Shown in pieces: positions 1-10,503 of a DNA stretch of 64,000 nucleotides; position 1 is the first letter of the stretch, and the number at the start of each line of letters is the position of its first letter. The notes under the pieces are model-generated. The model worked only from the letters and a program-made list of their open reading frames with translations, made no database searches and was not told the origin of the DNA. Both the position numbers and the translations under genes were made by a program. The DNA comes from an uncultured Bacteroidales bacterium (GTDB taxonomy: Bacteria; Hydrothermota; 32-111). The DNA lies in assembly GCA_964544145.1 (NCBI GenBank), contig CAZJAT010000004.1, forward strand, positions 16,177-80,176, read 5' to 3'.

Positions 1-1
1 T

Positions 2-493
2 CCGCTTCAATCAGGTCAGAAATCATTTGTTACCCCATATCTCACCGATTTGAATGATAATGGTTTTATGGATATTATAACTGTTGGCAGTAATGAATTA
101 TATGTATATGAAATCAATACTGCACACAATCAATTCAATTGGCCTTCATATCATTATAATAATTTTAATAACAGATATTATCCGTTTGCATCACATGCAG
201 CAGTAAATGAAGATTTGATTATTGAAGGCAATAATAATTATATATATCCGAATCCTGCTTCAGATCAGTTTACATTAAGATTTGAGTCAGGCACCGGAGG
301 GTCATATGAAATCAGGATATTTGATGCATCCGGTAATATGAAAAAGCTTATTGACGGAAATGCTGAATCAGGTGTAAATGAAATCCCTGTATATACGCGC
401 GATATGGGCGCAGGATTTTACATATTAAAACTGAAAATCACTTCATCTGATGAAACATATATAAAGACATTCAAATTTGTAGTGAGGAAATAA
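2..493 (+). CDS. 5'-truncated secreted protein with an FG-GAP-like repeat and a C-terminal T9SS (Por) type-A sorting domain
   Basis: The frame is open from nt 2 with no upstream stop, so the gene continues off the window. It contains DLNDNGFMDI (FG-GAP/VCBS-like). The C-terminal motifs IYPNPASDQF, YEIRIFDASGN and GFYILKLKI are typical of TIGR04183-type CTDs. The stop is at 491-493, with a 1-nt TAATG overlap onto the next gene. Confidence 0.55.
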   Translation, partial: PLQSGQKSFVTPYLTDLNDNGFMDIITVGSNELYVYEINTAHNQFNWPSYHYNNFNNRYYPFASHAAVNEDLIIEGNNNYIYPNPASDQFTLRFESGTGGSYEIRIFDASGNMKKLIDGNAESGVNEIPVYTRDMGAGFYILKLKITSSDETYIKTFKFVVRK

Positions 494-1146
494 TGAGAAG
501 ATATATTATTTTAATAATAGTTATTCTGATGGCTTTTAATCTGTTCGGGAATACTTCATATTCTCTGAAAAACGCGGGCTTATCTCTTCTTCTGCCCGGA
601 ACAGGTTTGCACAGTACAGGTAATACAAAAGCAGGTTTTGTCTTCAATGGTATTGAAATGGCGGCAGTATTATCTTCAGGTATGTTCTATTTTTCATCAA
701 TTAATACGGATAATAATGCTATTGATTTTGCTTCAGTAACATTGAATGAACCTGTACACACATTCCCTGAGCATATTCTGAGTAAAATGGAGATTTACTA
801 CAGCTCTGACTATTATAATTCATTATTGCCGTCAAAGGCAAGGGACCTCTATCCTGATGATGTTGATAAGCAGAATGAATATATAAATGCAAACACTATA
901 GCTGATTCATTGGCATGGACATGGCAGTATCAGGATGATATTGATGATTATTATACAATGAGGAAATTATCCAGAGCATATTATCAGTATTTCATATATG
1001 CAGCATCATCTGTTGTGCTTAATCACCTTGTATCCGGAATATTTACATTTTTCGATGTTGAAAAGCGTTTCAATGTGGAATTGGACAATGCGGTTGGGTA
1101 TTCTGACGGGAAGAGATTTATATTCAATATCGGATTGAGGTTTTAG
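493..1146 (+). CDS. hypothetical secreted or membrane-anchored protein
   Basis: The N-terminal hydrophobic segment MRRYIILIIVILMAFNLFG looks like a signal peptide or anchor. The gene is translationally coupled to its flanking genes (TAATG at 493; TAG/GTG at 1146). I recognise no family. Confidence 0.4.
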   Translation: MRRYIILIIVILMAFNLFGNTSYSLKNAGLSLLLPGTGLHSTGNTKAGFVFNGIEMAAVLSSGMFYFSSINTDNNAIDFASVTLNEPVHTFPEHILSKMEIYYSSDYYNSLLPSKARDLYPDDVDKQNEYINANTIADSLAWTWQYQDDIDDYYTMRKLSRAYYQYFIYAASSVVLNHLVSGIFTFFDVEKRFNVELDNAVGYSDGKRFIFNIGLRF

Positions 1147-1523
1147 TGAGCAGAATAGGCACATTTTTCAAGGCATATTGGAAGATTTTTCTATATTTCC
1201 TGGGTGTCTTGCTGCTTATATGGATTGCATTTCTCCTTCATATTGATAAAAGGGTTATCGCTTTTTCTGTTATAATCATCGGATTTATCACACAATTATT
1301 TGCTGAAATTCTGGGTATTGTGGCTCTAATACCTATTTTAGGTCCCGTACTTGTCAAGATAATTTCATTACCATTTATAATCATTATTAATGGTATTGGC
1401 TATATAGTTACTTTTTTTGCATTCAAGAAGGGATACAAGGTTGAAGTGGCAAAATCAAAGATGTTTACTACAGCATTACTGATTGGAATTGTATTAGGTT
1501 TTATATTGGGGAAATTATTATGA
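1146..1523 (+). CDS. small polytopic membrane protein (3-4 predicted TM helices), GTG start
   Basis: The protein is hydrophobic throughout, with a GTG start at 1146. It is coupled to the downstream gene by an ATGA overlap at 1520-1523. Confidence 0.4.
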   Translation: MSRIGTFFKAYWKIFLYFLGVLLLIWIAFLLHIDKRVIAFSVIIIGFITQLFAEILGIVALIPILGPVLVKIISLPFIIIINGIGYIVTFFAFKKGYKVEVAKSKMFTTALLIGIVLGFILGKLL

Positions 1524-4381
1524 AAAAATTATTTATTTTCTTTACAGTACTATTGACCTTTGTTTTAATGAATGCTCAGTCATATTACTTTGGACAAAAC
1601 AAAGTGAATTATACTGCCAAGAAGTGGGAGTATGTAAAGACAGAACATTTTGATATTTATTTTTATCAGGGCAGTCAGAATCTGGTTTCCTTTGCCGCAA
1701 TGGTTGCAGAGTCATCAATAACATATATGGAAAATGTATTCAAATATTCTCTTAAAAACAGGGTGCCCATAATAATATATAAATCTCACAAGGATTTTGA
1801 AGAAACAAATATCACCATTGAAATACTTGATGAGTTTGTCGGAGGTTTTACTGAATCTCTCAAAAACAGAGTTGTTGTACCATTTGACGGTTCATATGCG
1901 GATTTCAGACATGTCATAAATCATGAACTTACACATGCCTTGCAGTTTGATATTCTTTACGGAAAGGGCGGTGCGGGAATAGTAGTAAGCAGCATTTCTT
2001 ATGATATACCCCTTTGGTTTATTGAAGGCAGTGCGGAGTATTTTTCCAGAGAATGGGACAGGGAAACAGATATGTATATGAGGGATGCGGTTTTCAATGA
2101 TGAATTTGTCGATTTGGAGACATTGGGTTATTATTATGGCGGTTATATTATATATAAAGAAGGCCAGGCTGTTCATAAGTATATAGCCGATACATATGGT
2201 GAGCAAAAAATTGTTGCAATATACAGGAGTATTAAAAATACAAGATCATTCAATAAATCATTAAGAGATGTAATAGGCATAGATATCAAGGAACTTGATA
2301 AGGACTTCAAATTATATCTGAAGAAACGATATGCGGCTCTCTATAATACTAAAGATGATGAATTGAAAAACTCAAAATCATTGCTGGGCAAATTCAAGGA
2401 GACATCACCATATAATGTATCCCCCTCATTGTCTCCGGATGGAAATTATGTGGCATTTATTTCTGAAAAATACGGGTTTTTTGACATATATATGATGAGA
2501 ACGGGAAATCCTGAGTATAAATGGAGAATATCTCCGAGAACTCTGATAAGGAATTATGAGAGTTTTCATCTCAAGCAGGGTAATCTCAATTGGTCATCTG
2601 ACAGCAAATGGATGCTATATTCAGTCAGGAATAAGGGTAATGAGAGGATTGCAGTATATGATATTGAAAAGAAAAAGCAGGTACTGACTGTTGATATTAA
2701 AGCTGATGGTCTTTTCTCACCGGTTTGTAATATGGAAAAAACAGAGATTGCATTTACTGTTATGAGAGACGGAAAAACAGATATATCTCTATATGATATA
2801 GAATCCAAAGAAGAAATAAATATTACAAATGACATATATGATGATATTAATCCGCATTTTTACAGAGACCAGATTATCATCTTTTCAAGTACAAGGCCAT
2901 TTGGAGATGATGAATGGGATTATCAGACATACAGATTGTTTGAATACAATTTAAATACAGGGAATATTCGTTTATTGACTGACTCGGAAATGGGAAGCAT
3001 AGTGAATTTCAATTTGTTCCGGGATTCAATGATTGTATTTGAAAGTGATATAACTGATATTTCCAATATATTCACAATGAATATGAATTCAGGAGAGGTG
3101 AAGCAGCTCACTGATGTAATGACAGGTGTTTTTGATCCTTCCATTTCTCAGGATGGCAGCACCATGACAGTGCGTTTTCTGAAGAGTATGGAGATGGATA
3201 TATGTCTTATTACAAATCCTCTAAAAAACAGCAAACCTGTTGATTTCTCGGTAAGCATGCAGGATTATGCCAGAATCTTCTTTCCATATACATATACATC
3301 CATACAGGGAGTGAAACCTCCTCTGAGGATATCATTTGACTGGCTTGCAGGAGCTTTCTCATATTCTCCGGGATACGGATTTATCGGTTTACTTGATGCA
3401 GCTGTCAGTGATATTATGGGGAATAACAGATTATATGTTCAGATGGAAAAGCTTTCAACTACAGGTAATGGATTTATTACAGTTCAATACTGGAATATGA
3501 AAAACAGAATCAATTATGCTCTTATGTATTTGAATCTTCAGTCAGAATATATGGAATATTATTATAATCCCCTTTTATACAGAACCAAAATCAATATATA
3601 TAATGGAGTTGGTGGAATAATTTCTTACCCATTTGATAGATTTAACCGATTTGATTTTGAACTTGATTTTTATGATTATTCTGTTTATACAAATGATGTT
3701 GTCTATGGGTACAGCACAAGGTATAAAAATTATGATTATTTTTCCACTTCAGTTATATGCTCATATGTGCATGATAATACAGTATGGGGATATTATGGAC
3801 CGGTTAATGGTGAAGTGTGGAGAATCGATGTGGGGAATGCATTTATGGGACCCGGCATTACCAACACCCCCTCGCTTGCCTTTATTGCACCTGAATACAG
3901 ATTTACATATATAAATACAGATTTCAGAAAATACATAATTCTGACTTCACGTTCTCAGATTGCATTAAAATTCGCAGGTATATCCTACTTTGGTCCGGAG
4001 TATTATCCCGCTATGCTGGGAGGAACAGGTACTATCAGAGGATATCCTTATGGAATGTATTATGGCCAGAATGTATATTATTCGAACATAGAACTCAGAT
4101 TTCCCTTAATTGACCAAATACGCTTTTCACTACCGGGATTTATTTTCGGCAATATCAGGGGAGTTGTTTTCACGGATTTCGGATTTGCAAAGGATGATTT
4201 AAGCGATTTAAGAATATTTACCGAACAATATGTGCTTGATGATCTGAAAATGGGTTATGGAGCAGGTATAAGGATGGATATATGGTTTGCCATATTGAAG
4301 TTGGATGTTGCAAAACATACAGATTTAAGAACAGCTTCGTCAGATTATTACTGGCATTTGGACTTTGGTGCGGAATTCTGA
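1520..4381 (+). CDS. outer-membrane Omp85-family beta-barrel protein fused to an N-terminal HExxH zinc-metallopeptidase domain and a TolB/PD40-like beta-propeller
   Basis: The signal peptide is MKKLFIFFTVLLTFVLMNAQS. A gluzincin-like HELTHALQFD...EGSAEY motif is present. SPDGNYVAFISEKYGFFDIYMM matches a PD40/TolB repeat. The C-terminus carries Omp85 hallmarks: LGGTGTIRGYPYG (the loop-6 VRGF/Y motif), FTDFG, GYGAGIRMD and a terminal ...DFGAEF. Confidence 0.6.
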   Translation: MKKLFIFFTVLLTFVLMNAQSYYFGQNKVNYTAKKWEYVKTEHFDIYFYQGSQNLVSFAAMVAESSITYMENVFKYSLKNRVPIIIYKSHKDFEETNITIEILDEFVGGFTESLKNRVVVPFDGSYADFRHVINHELTHALQFDILYGKGGAGIVVSSISYDIPLWFIEGSAEYFSREWDRETDMYMRDAVFNDEFVDLETLGYYYGGYIIYKEGQAVHKYIADTYGEQKIVAIYRSIKNTRSFNKSLRDVIGIDIKELDKDFKLYLKKRYAALYNTKDDELKNSKSLLGKFKETSPYNVSPSLSPDGNYVAFISEKYGFFDIYMMRTGNPEYKWRISPRTLIRNYESFHLKQGNLNWSSDSKWMLYSVRNKGNERIAVYDIEKKKQVLTVDIKADGLFSPVCNMEKTEIAFTVMRDGKTDISLYDIESKEEINITNDIYDDINPHFYRDQIIIFSSTRPFGDDEWDYQTYRLFEYNLNTGNIRLLTDSEMGSIVNFNLFRDSMIVFESDITDISNIFTMNMNSGEVKQLTDVMTGVFDPSISQDGSTMTVRFLKSMEMDICLITNPLKNSKPVDFSVSMQDYARIFFPYTYTSIQGVKPPLRISFDWLAGAFSYSPGYGFIGLLDAAVSDIMGNNRLYVQMEKLSTTGNGFITVQYWNMKNRINYALMYLNLQSEYMEYYYNPLLYRTKINIYNGVGGIISYPFDRFNRFDFELDFYDYSVYTNDVVYGYSTRYKNYDYFSTSVICSYVHDNTVWGYYGPVNGEVWRIDVGNAFMGPGITNTPSLAFIAPEYRFTYINTDFRKYIILTSRSQIALKFAGISYFGPEYYPAMLGGTGTIRGYPYGMYYGQNVYYSNIELRFPLIDQIRFSLPGFIFGNIRGVVFTDFGFAKDDLSDLRIFTEQYVLDDLKMGYGAGIRMDIWFAILKLDVAKHTDLRTASSDYYWHLDFGAEF

Positions 4382-7300
4382 CATCTGCATTAATTATTAA
4401 TGCAGACATTATAGACCCTGTTTATCATATTGAGGAAGACGGGAATTATTCCTTTATTCGGGGTGAATATCAATTGATTGCTGAAAGACCGGGTTATCCT
4501 GCAATTCCTGTTATAAGACTGAATTTGAGCAGAGGAAGTGAAATATCATATTTTAAAATCATTGAAACAGATACAATTTTACTTTCATTGCCTTTGGTTC
4601 CCATAGGGGAGTATATTGAGAAAAAGTCTGAATTGCAGAACATATATATACCGGATAAAGAATTGTATATAGAAGACAGGATGCTTATAAGAACTGATTA
4701 CAATGAATATACAATGGGTAAAGGGAAGATTGTTGAGCTATTCCCCTTCAATTACAATCCGTCAGAGAATATGCTGATAGTCAATAAAATAGAGATTCAT
4801 TATTCCTCAATTCCGGCTTTGCCGGAAATCAGTGATAATAATATAGTGATAATATATAATGAGCAATTCAGTGATATCTATGATGAAACAGAGAGTTTTT
4901 TCATTAGGCGCGGAAAGATACCATATATGTACTCAATGACACAGACAGGCAGAACGGCAGACAGTATAGGTATATTTATTGATAGTATTTTCAGTGAAAA
5001 ACCCTTTTCATATCTTCTGCTTATGGGCAGCTCATCAATGCTTCCCGGTAATTGGGGACTGGGCGATGGGAATCCCTATACTGACTTATCATATGCATTG
5101 ATTGATACCCTGGATTATTTACCTGATATTATTTTGTCACGCCTGCCATTTGATTCATCAGCGCAGTTTTTGCATTATTATAATAAAATGGAACAATCAA
5201 TGAATGCAAATGCACTAACAATGAGGGATAATGCATATTTTATGGCTTCAAATGATTACGGATATCACACTTTGGCTGAAAGCACACAGATATATTCAAT
5301 GGAAAAATTCCGTGCAATTGATTATGAAACTGATTCTCTCTTCTATTATTACAATACGGGAACACCTGTTGATGAGGCAATAGATGAGGGGAGAGCCTTA
5401 CTCTTCTATACAGGACATGGATTAACTTATGAATGGAATGGACCCTCATTTGACAGAGATGATATTGATTCTCTGAAGAATGCACCATTTTATCCTTTTA
5501 TATTTTCATTTGCCTGTCTTACCGGCAATTATTATTATGGAGGTTTTTTCGGTAATCACTGGTTGAAATTGGAGGATAAGGGAGCCATTGGTTTTATGGG
5601 GTCATCAAAGGAGACATTTTGGGAACAGGATGATTTATTCCAACGATTCATGGTGGATTCCCTTGTGCAGGGTGACTACATATTTAATGCAGTGAATAAA
5701 GGCAAAATCAATTTCTTTAATTATTATGGTAATTCATCTGTTACGAGAAGATACTTTGAACAATACAATTATTTTGCAGTGCCTGATATATATGTTGGAA
5801 ATACGGATGTGAGTAATATTTCCATATCCGTTGACAGATACATTCCTCTTTCATCAGGTAATATTGACTGCACTATCGGATATGACGGTATTCTTGGGGA
5901 ACCCGGTTTCCTGGTTGTCTGCGGAGATTCACTTATTGACTCATCAAGAATTTCAGCGCAGGGTGAATATATACTCAATCATTCAATCCTATTATCAGAT
6001 ACATTGGCCTTATCACTGTATATTCCGGGGCAGCAGCTGTTTAAAGAGGATATTGTGCTCATTGACAATGGCCCCTTTGTTGCGCTGAAAGACCAATTTA
6101 TTTCGGATATAAAAACAGATACATTGTTTATTGATATGGATATAAAAAATTATGGGAATAATACTGCATATAATATTTCATCCTATATGAAACATTTGCC
6201 CATTTATATGACTGTATTGAATAATAGTATTTACATAGACAGCATGCTTCCGGAATCTATAGAATCGATTGGTGATGCCCTTGTTCTTTTGACAGGCGAT
6301 AATTCGGGCTCCGGAGCAGATACGCTCTGCACTTTAGGTTTTGTTTTTGACTATGACACAGTGTTTTCAGTATTCTCTGTAGCTGATCTTGCGCCCTCAT
6401 TTGATGCGGTATTTATTGAAGCAATATGCACCAATGACACTTCTTCCTCAATAACACTGGGTATTGCAACAGACATTTTTTTCCAAGTCCGTAATACATC
6501 CAAGATAAAAGCAAAAAACATATCAATTACTATAGATGGCGAATTCAATACTGTATATTCTAGCGGGGAATGTGATTCATTACTGTCAATGCAGACATTC
6601 AATCCTGCATTCGGTATTATTGTTGAAGATTCAGAGGATGATGAGGTCATAATAAACATGACTGTCAGTATGGGGTCATATTCTGAAGGGAAAATATTCA
6701 GAATACCTCTTAAACTCAAGAATTCCTATTCATTCATAGGTCCAATGTCCGGTTATTATATCTATACTTCAGATATGATTGACCTTGAAAACAGGCCGGA
6801 ATTCAAGGATATACGAAGCGATTCGTCAGGATGGAGTTTGATTGATGTCAGAGATGATGAAACTGTCAGTTTATCTCTGCCATTCACATTTAAAACAGGG
6901 GATGATTCATTTGATATATTGTACCTGAATGCAAATGGCATTATCTCAACAGATTCAATAGAAAGTTCATTATTCGGGGTTACTGCATTGCCAAACAGCG
7001 GAATAACTGGTAAAGCATTTATTTTCGGATGGCATGACTTCAGATTTCCTGAATTGACATATATATCGGATTATCTTGGGGATCTTAGAGGCAGTGCGCT
7101 CTACAAAATCAATGCATTAAATACGGAATTCCAGATATTGTACAATAGGGTGACAGATTATAATAATGATACATTTACATTTTCAGTATGCATAGATACA
7201 ACAAATATACTGATTAATTTCTATGAAATTCCCTATGATAATAATCTGGTAAATGGGATTCAGTTCAGCAATAGTGAATATATTTCATTCACAGGTGATT

Positions 7301-7674
7301 CATTCTCAGATGTGCAGGGGAATCCGCTGATAAGGGATTCATTCGCAATGATATTCACAAGAGATTTACCTGTTATGATGACAAAATTCAGCAATGAGAA
7401 ATATACAGGCACCCATGCACCTATACTCATGTCGGGAATAATGTACAGACAATCTACAAGTTTCATTATCGGTGTATTTGAACCCGGTATATATGAAATC
7501 AGATTATATGACATAGCAGGCAGATTACAGTCAGAACTTTATTCCGGATTTCTGAACAGAGGTAATATTGTTTTGCCAAATACTGCAGAAACTGATGGTA
7601 TTTATTTTATTACAATGTCAGGTAATAAAGGAACAGTCCTTTCCCGAAAAATCATTATACTGGGTGAGCATTAA
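4282..7674 (+). CDS. C25 (gingipain-like, clan CD) cysteine peptidase with a T9SS C-terminal sorting domain, of PorU-like size
   Basis: The His-Gly/Ala-Cys dyad context is LLFYTGHGLTYEWNG ... FIFSFACLTGNY. The C-terminal CTD motifs are GIYEIRLYDIAGRL and GIYFITMSGNKG...KIIILGEH. An N-terminal Sec-like signal (KTYRFKNSFVRLLLAFGLWCGILTSALIINA) is encoded in a 100-nt out-of-frame overlap with the preceding gene. The next in-frame ATG is at 4681 and would remove that signal. Confidence 0.55.
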   Translation: MVCHIEVGCCKTYRFKNSFVRLLLAFGLWCGILTSALIINADIIDPVYHIEEDGNYSFIRGEYQLIAERPGYPAIPVIRLNLSRGSEISYFKIIETDTILLSLPLVPIGEYIEKKSELQNIYIPDKELYIEDRMLIRTDYNEYTMGKGKIVELFPFNYNPSENMLIVNKIEIHYSSIPALPEISDNNIVIIYNEQFSDIYDETESFFIRRGKIPYMYSMTQTGRTADSIGIFIDSIFSEKPFSYLLLMGSSSMLPGNWGLGDGNPYTDLSYALIDTLDYLPDIILSRLPFDSSAQFLHYYNKMEQSMNANALTMRDNAYFMASNDYGYHTLAESTQIYSMEKFRAIDYETDSLFYYYNTGTPVDEAIDEGRALLFYTGHGLTYEWNGPSFDRDDIDSLKNAPFYPFIFSFACLTGNYYYGGFFGNHWLKLEDKGAIGFMGSSKETFWEQDDLFQRFMVDSLVQGDYIFNAVNKGKINFFNYYGNSSVTRRYFEQYNYFAVPDIYVGNTDVSNISISVDRYIPLSSGNIDCTIGYDGILGEPGFLVVCGDSLIDSSRISAQGEYILNHSILLSDTLALSLYIPGQQLFKEDIVLIDNGPFVALKDQFISDIKTDTLFIDMDIKNYGNNTAYNISSYMKHLPIYMTVLNNSIYIDSMLPESIESIGDALVLLTGDNSGSGADTLCTLGFVFDYDTVFSVFSVADLAPSFDAVFIEAICTNDTSSSITLGIATDIFFQVRNTSKIKAKNISITIDGEFNTVYSSGECDSLLSMQTFNPAFGIIVEDSEDDEVIINMTVSMGSYSEGKIFRIPLKLKNSYSFIGPMSGYYIYTSDMIDLENRPEFKDIRSDSSGWSLIDVRDDETVSLSLPFTFKTGDDSFDILYLNANGIISTDSIESSLFGVTALPNSGITGKAFIFGWHDFRFPELTYISDYLGDLRGSALYKINALNTEFQILYNRVTDYNNDTFTFSVCIDTTNILINFYEIPYDNNLVNGIQFSNSEYISFTGDSFSDVQGNPLIRDSFAMIFTRDLPVMMTKFSNEKYTGTHAPILMSGIMYRQSTSFIIGVFEPGIYEIRLYDIAGRLQSELYSGFLNRGNIVLPNTAETDGIYFITMSGNKGTVLSRKIIILGEH

Positions 7675-7694
7675 TACAGAGATATTATTTTGCT

Positions 7695-8687
7695 TCAATT
7701 ATTATCTATATACTCAGTAATCACCAATGTTGCTAAAAGTGCCGTGAATAAAAGGATTGTGACAAAATAAATCCTAAATAAAATAATGATAAACCGGATT
7801 ATATTCAGCGGATAATCAGTGTTCAATGAATTAAACGGATTCTTGATTCTCTCATTGAATAGGTGTTTCTGCTCAAGAAATCTGCTTATTATCAGTCTTT
7901 GATCTTCATTCTCATAATCAGCACATATAGTCAGTATAGAATCATTTAAGTAGTCAGAACAAAATGTAAATATAATGCCATTATAAACTCTTGTAGATGA
8001 AATTATCTTTTTGTCTCTATACAGTGCACCCCTGATCTCATATTCAGGATACATTCCCTGAAGATAGAAAATGCTCTGTTGAAATACCTTTGAATAGGAT
8101 GAGTCAGTCAATAAAATGACAGGTTTATTATTTAATATGAAATATTCATTGTATGGATTCAAATCATTTGCTGTCAAACGGATATGCCTTACTTTACTGC
8201 CTTCAAGCGATATCTGTGTGTCATTCATGCAATAAAAGGAGTCATTATATTCAGTTGTGAGGGTGCAGGGAACAAATGAACCGCTGTAGGTTTTCACAAG
8301 TATCTTTAAAACATTACCATCATAGTAGGCAGTATCAATACCTGTATCATTTTCATTTAAATGGATATCATTAAATCCTCTTTCATCAGAGAAGTGCAGA
8401 AATGAATTTGAAAAAGCAGTATCAGACACAATTAATGTGAATAATGATGAATAACGATTAATAATTATTTTTGATTTCTCATATTTACCAAATGTCTTTG
8501 CATAAGAACCGTGACTGCTGTATGTAATAATGGGACCGCAGTGGTTGGTGTTCATTTCATAAATAATCAGCACAGCAATAATAAGAAAAGAAAACAGGCG
8601 AAGAAAGAATCTCCGCCTGTTTTCTTTTAAATAACTCAGAATAAGTGAAGCAATTATTATAACAGCAATAAAAACATATATTATCAT
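7695..8687 (-). CDS. hypothetical membrane protein (N- and C-terminal TM segments)
   Basis: It is coupled to pckA by an ATGA overlap at 8684-8687. TM segments are present at both ends. No conserved motif was recognised. Confidence 0.4.
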   Translation of the reverse strand: MIIYVFIAVIIIASLILSYLKENRRRFFLRLFSFLIIAVLIIYEMNTNHCGPIITYSSHGSYAKTFGKYEKSKIIINRYSSLFTLIVSDTAFSNSFLHFSDERGFNDIHLNENDTGIDTAYYDGNVLKILVKTYSGSFVPCTLTTEYNDSFYCMNDTQISLEGSKVRHIRLTANDLNPYNEYFILNNKPVILLTDSSYSKVFQQSIFYLQGMYPEYEIRGALYRDKKIISSTRVYNGIIFTFCSDYLNDSILTICADYENEDQRLIISRFLEQKHLFNERIKNPFNSLNTDYPLNIIRFIIILFRIYFVTILLFTALLATLVITEYIDNN

Positions 8688-10228
8688 AATTGCAGATTTA
8701 TCTTAGCAATTTGCTTGTCAAAATCGCCTGCAAGTTCTTTTGCCTTCTTTTTATATGCCTCTTTATCAGACCATGTATTAATAGGATTAAATATCTCTGA
8801 AGGTATATCCGGACATTTTGTAGGAATGCTCAGATTGAAAAAATCCTCATTAACAAATTCAATATTCTTGAATTCTCCTGTAATTGCAGCTTTTACCATA
8901 CGTCTTGTATACTTAATTGATATTCTCTCTCCAATACCAAAGGGTCCGCCTGACCAACCTGTATTCAGCAGATAAACATCTGCTTTATATTTATTGATTT
9001 TTTCTCGCAGCATTTCTGCATATCTCTGCGGATGCAGCATCATAAAAGGTGCGCCAAAACACATGGAAAATGTCATTTGAGGCTCTACAATGCCGCGTTC
9101 TGTCCCTGCCAGTTTGCTTGTATAACCAAGCACAAACTGATACATTGCCTGTTTAGGCGTTAATCTGGATATCGGAGGAATTACGCCGAAAGCATCGGCT
9201 GTAAGGAATATTACAGTTTTAGGCTGATTACCTGTTCCCTCTAATACTGCATTTGGAATATAATGAATAGGATATGCACCCCTTGTGTTCTGAGTGTATC
9301 TGTCATCACTGTAATCGGGCATTCTGGTTTTTTCGTCAAGAACAATATTTTCCAATAATGTACCGAATTTTAATGCATCATAAATTTGCGGTTCATTTTC
9401 ATGTTTTAGATTGATAAGCTTTGCATAACAGCCGCCTTCAAAGTTGAAAACTCCGTTTTCCCCCCATCCATGTTCATCATCACCAATGAGTTTTCTTTCA
9501 ATATCAGCTGATAATGTTGTTTTCCCTGTGCCTGACAAACCAAAGAATAGTGCAGTATTACCAGAATCATCTGTATTTGCAGAGCAGTGCATGGGGAAGA
9601 TGTTTTTAAATGGCAGCATATAATTCATTGCCGAGAACATAGCTTTCTTGATTTCTCCCACATATGATGAACCGGCAATAACAATAAGTTTTCGTTTTAA
9701 ATCCAATATCACATATGCCTCGGAATTTGTATTATCCCTCTCAGGTACAGCTTTGAATCCGGGTGCACATATAATGTTGAATTCAGGCTCAAAGTTTTTC
9801 AACTCATCTTCTGTGGGTCTGATAAACAGATTTCTTGATGCAAGATTCTGCCCTGCATATTCATTCACAACTCGTAGGGGAACTCGAAAATCCTTGTCTG
9901 CTCCGACAAATCCGTCAAATACAAAGATGTCCTTATTCTGTAAATATGAAACAAGCAGTGAATGGAGATAATCAAAATGTTCCCTTGTAATGGGTTTATT
10001 TATCTTTCCCCAATTAATGTGTTCATGTGTGAAATCATCATCTACGATAAATCTGTCATTTGGTGAACGGCCTGAATATTTGCCTGTATTGACATTCAAG
10101 GCGCCGTTTGAAGCCAATTCTCCCTCATTTTTCTCTAATGCCTTCTCAATGAGCAGTGCAGGACTAAGATTCCTAAAGATATTTGCTTCATTGATAATAC
10201 CGAGTTTTTCCAATGATATGTTATTCAT
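8684..10228 (-). CDS. pckA: phosphoenolpyruvate carboxykinase (ATP)
   Basis: It has the kinase-1a Walker A FFGLSGTGKTTLS and the LIGDDEHGW motif. The 514-aa length is typical. An SD (GGAGG) lies 9 nt upstream on the minus strand. Confidence 0.9.
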   Translation of the reverse strand: MNNISLEKLGIINEANIFRNLSPALLIEKALEKNEGELASNGALNVNTGKYSGRSPNDRFIVDDDFTHEHINWGKINKPITREHFDYLHSLLVSYLQNKDIFVFDGFVGADKDFRVPLRVVNEYAGQNLASRNLFIRPTEDELKNFEPEFNIICAPGFKAVPERDNTNSEAYVILDLKRKLIVIAGSSYVGEIKKAMFSAMNYMLPFKNIFPMHCSANTDDSGNTALFFGLSGTGKTTLSADIERKLIGDDEHGWGENGVFNFEGGCYAKLINLKHENEPQIYDALKFGTLLENIVLDEKTRMPDYSDDRYTQNTRGAYPIHYIPNAVLEGTGNQPKTVIFLTADAFGVIPPISRLTPKQAMYQFVLGYTSKLAGTERGIVEPQMTFSMCFGAPFMMLHPQRYAEMLREKINKYKADVYLLNTGWSGGPFGIGERISIKYTRRMVKAAITGEFKNIEFVNEDFFNLSIPTKCPDIPSEIFNPINTWSDKEAYKKKAKELAGDFDKQIAKINLQL

Positions 10229-10503
10229 TTATAAAACCTCCTATTATAAAAAAATCAGTATAACATAAAGGCAAAAAATGACAAGATGGAAAAATAAAAT
10301 GATTTTCAATCATAATTACAGCAATATTGACCAATTGTTCAGTTATTATATTTTCTTTTTATACTATTATATTTTGACTTTTATTGTATTTCTTCCATTT
10401 TCCTTTGTACTTTGCATGTCTTCTCCTGTGTAAAGTGATCATTGTATTTATTCTTTTTAGTTATACCTTTTCCTTTCTTCTTGTACCCTTTTTTTTACAT
10501 GTG

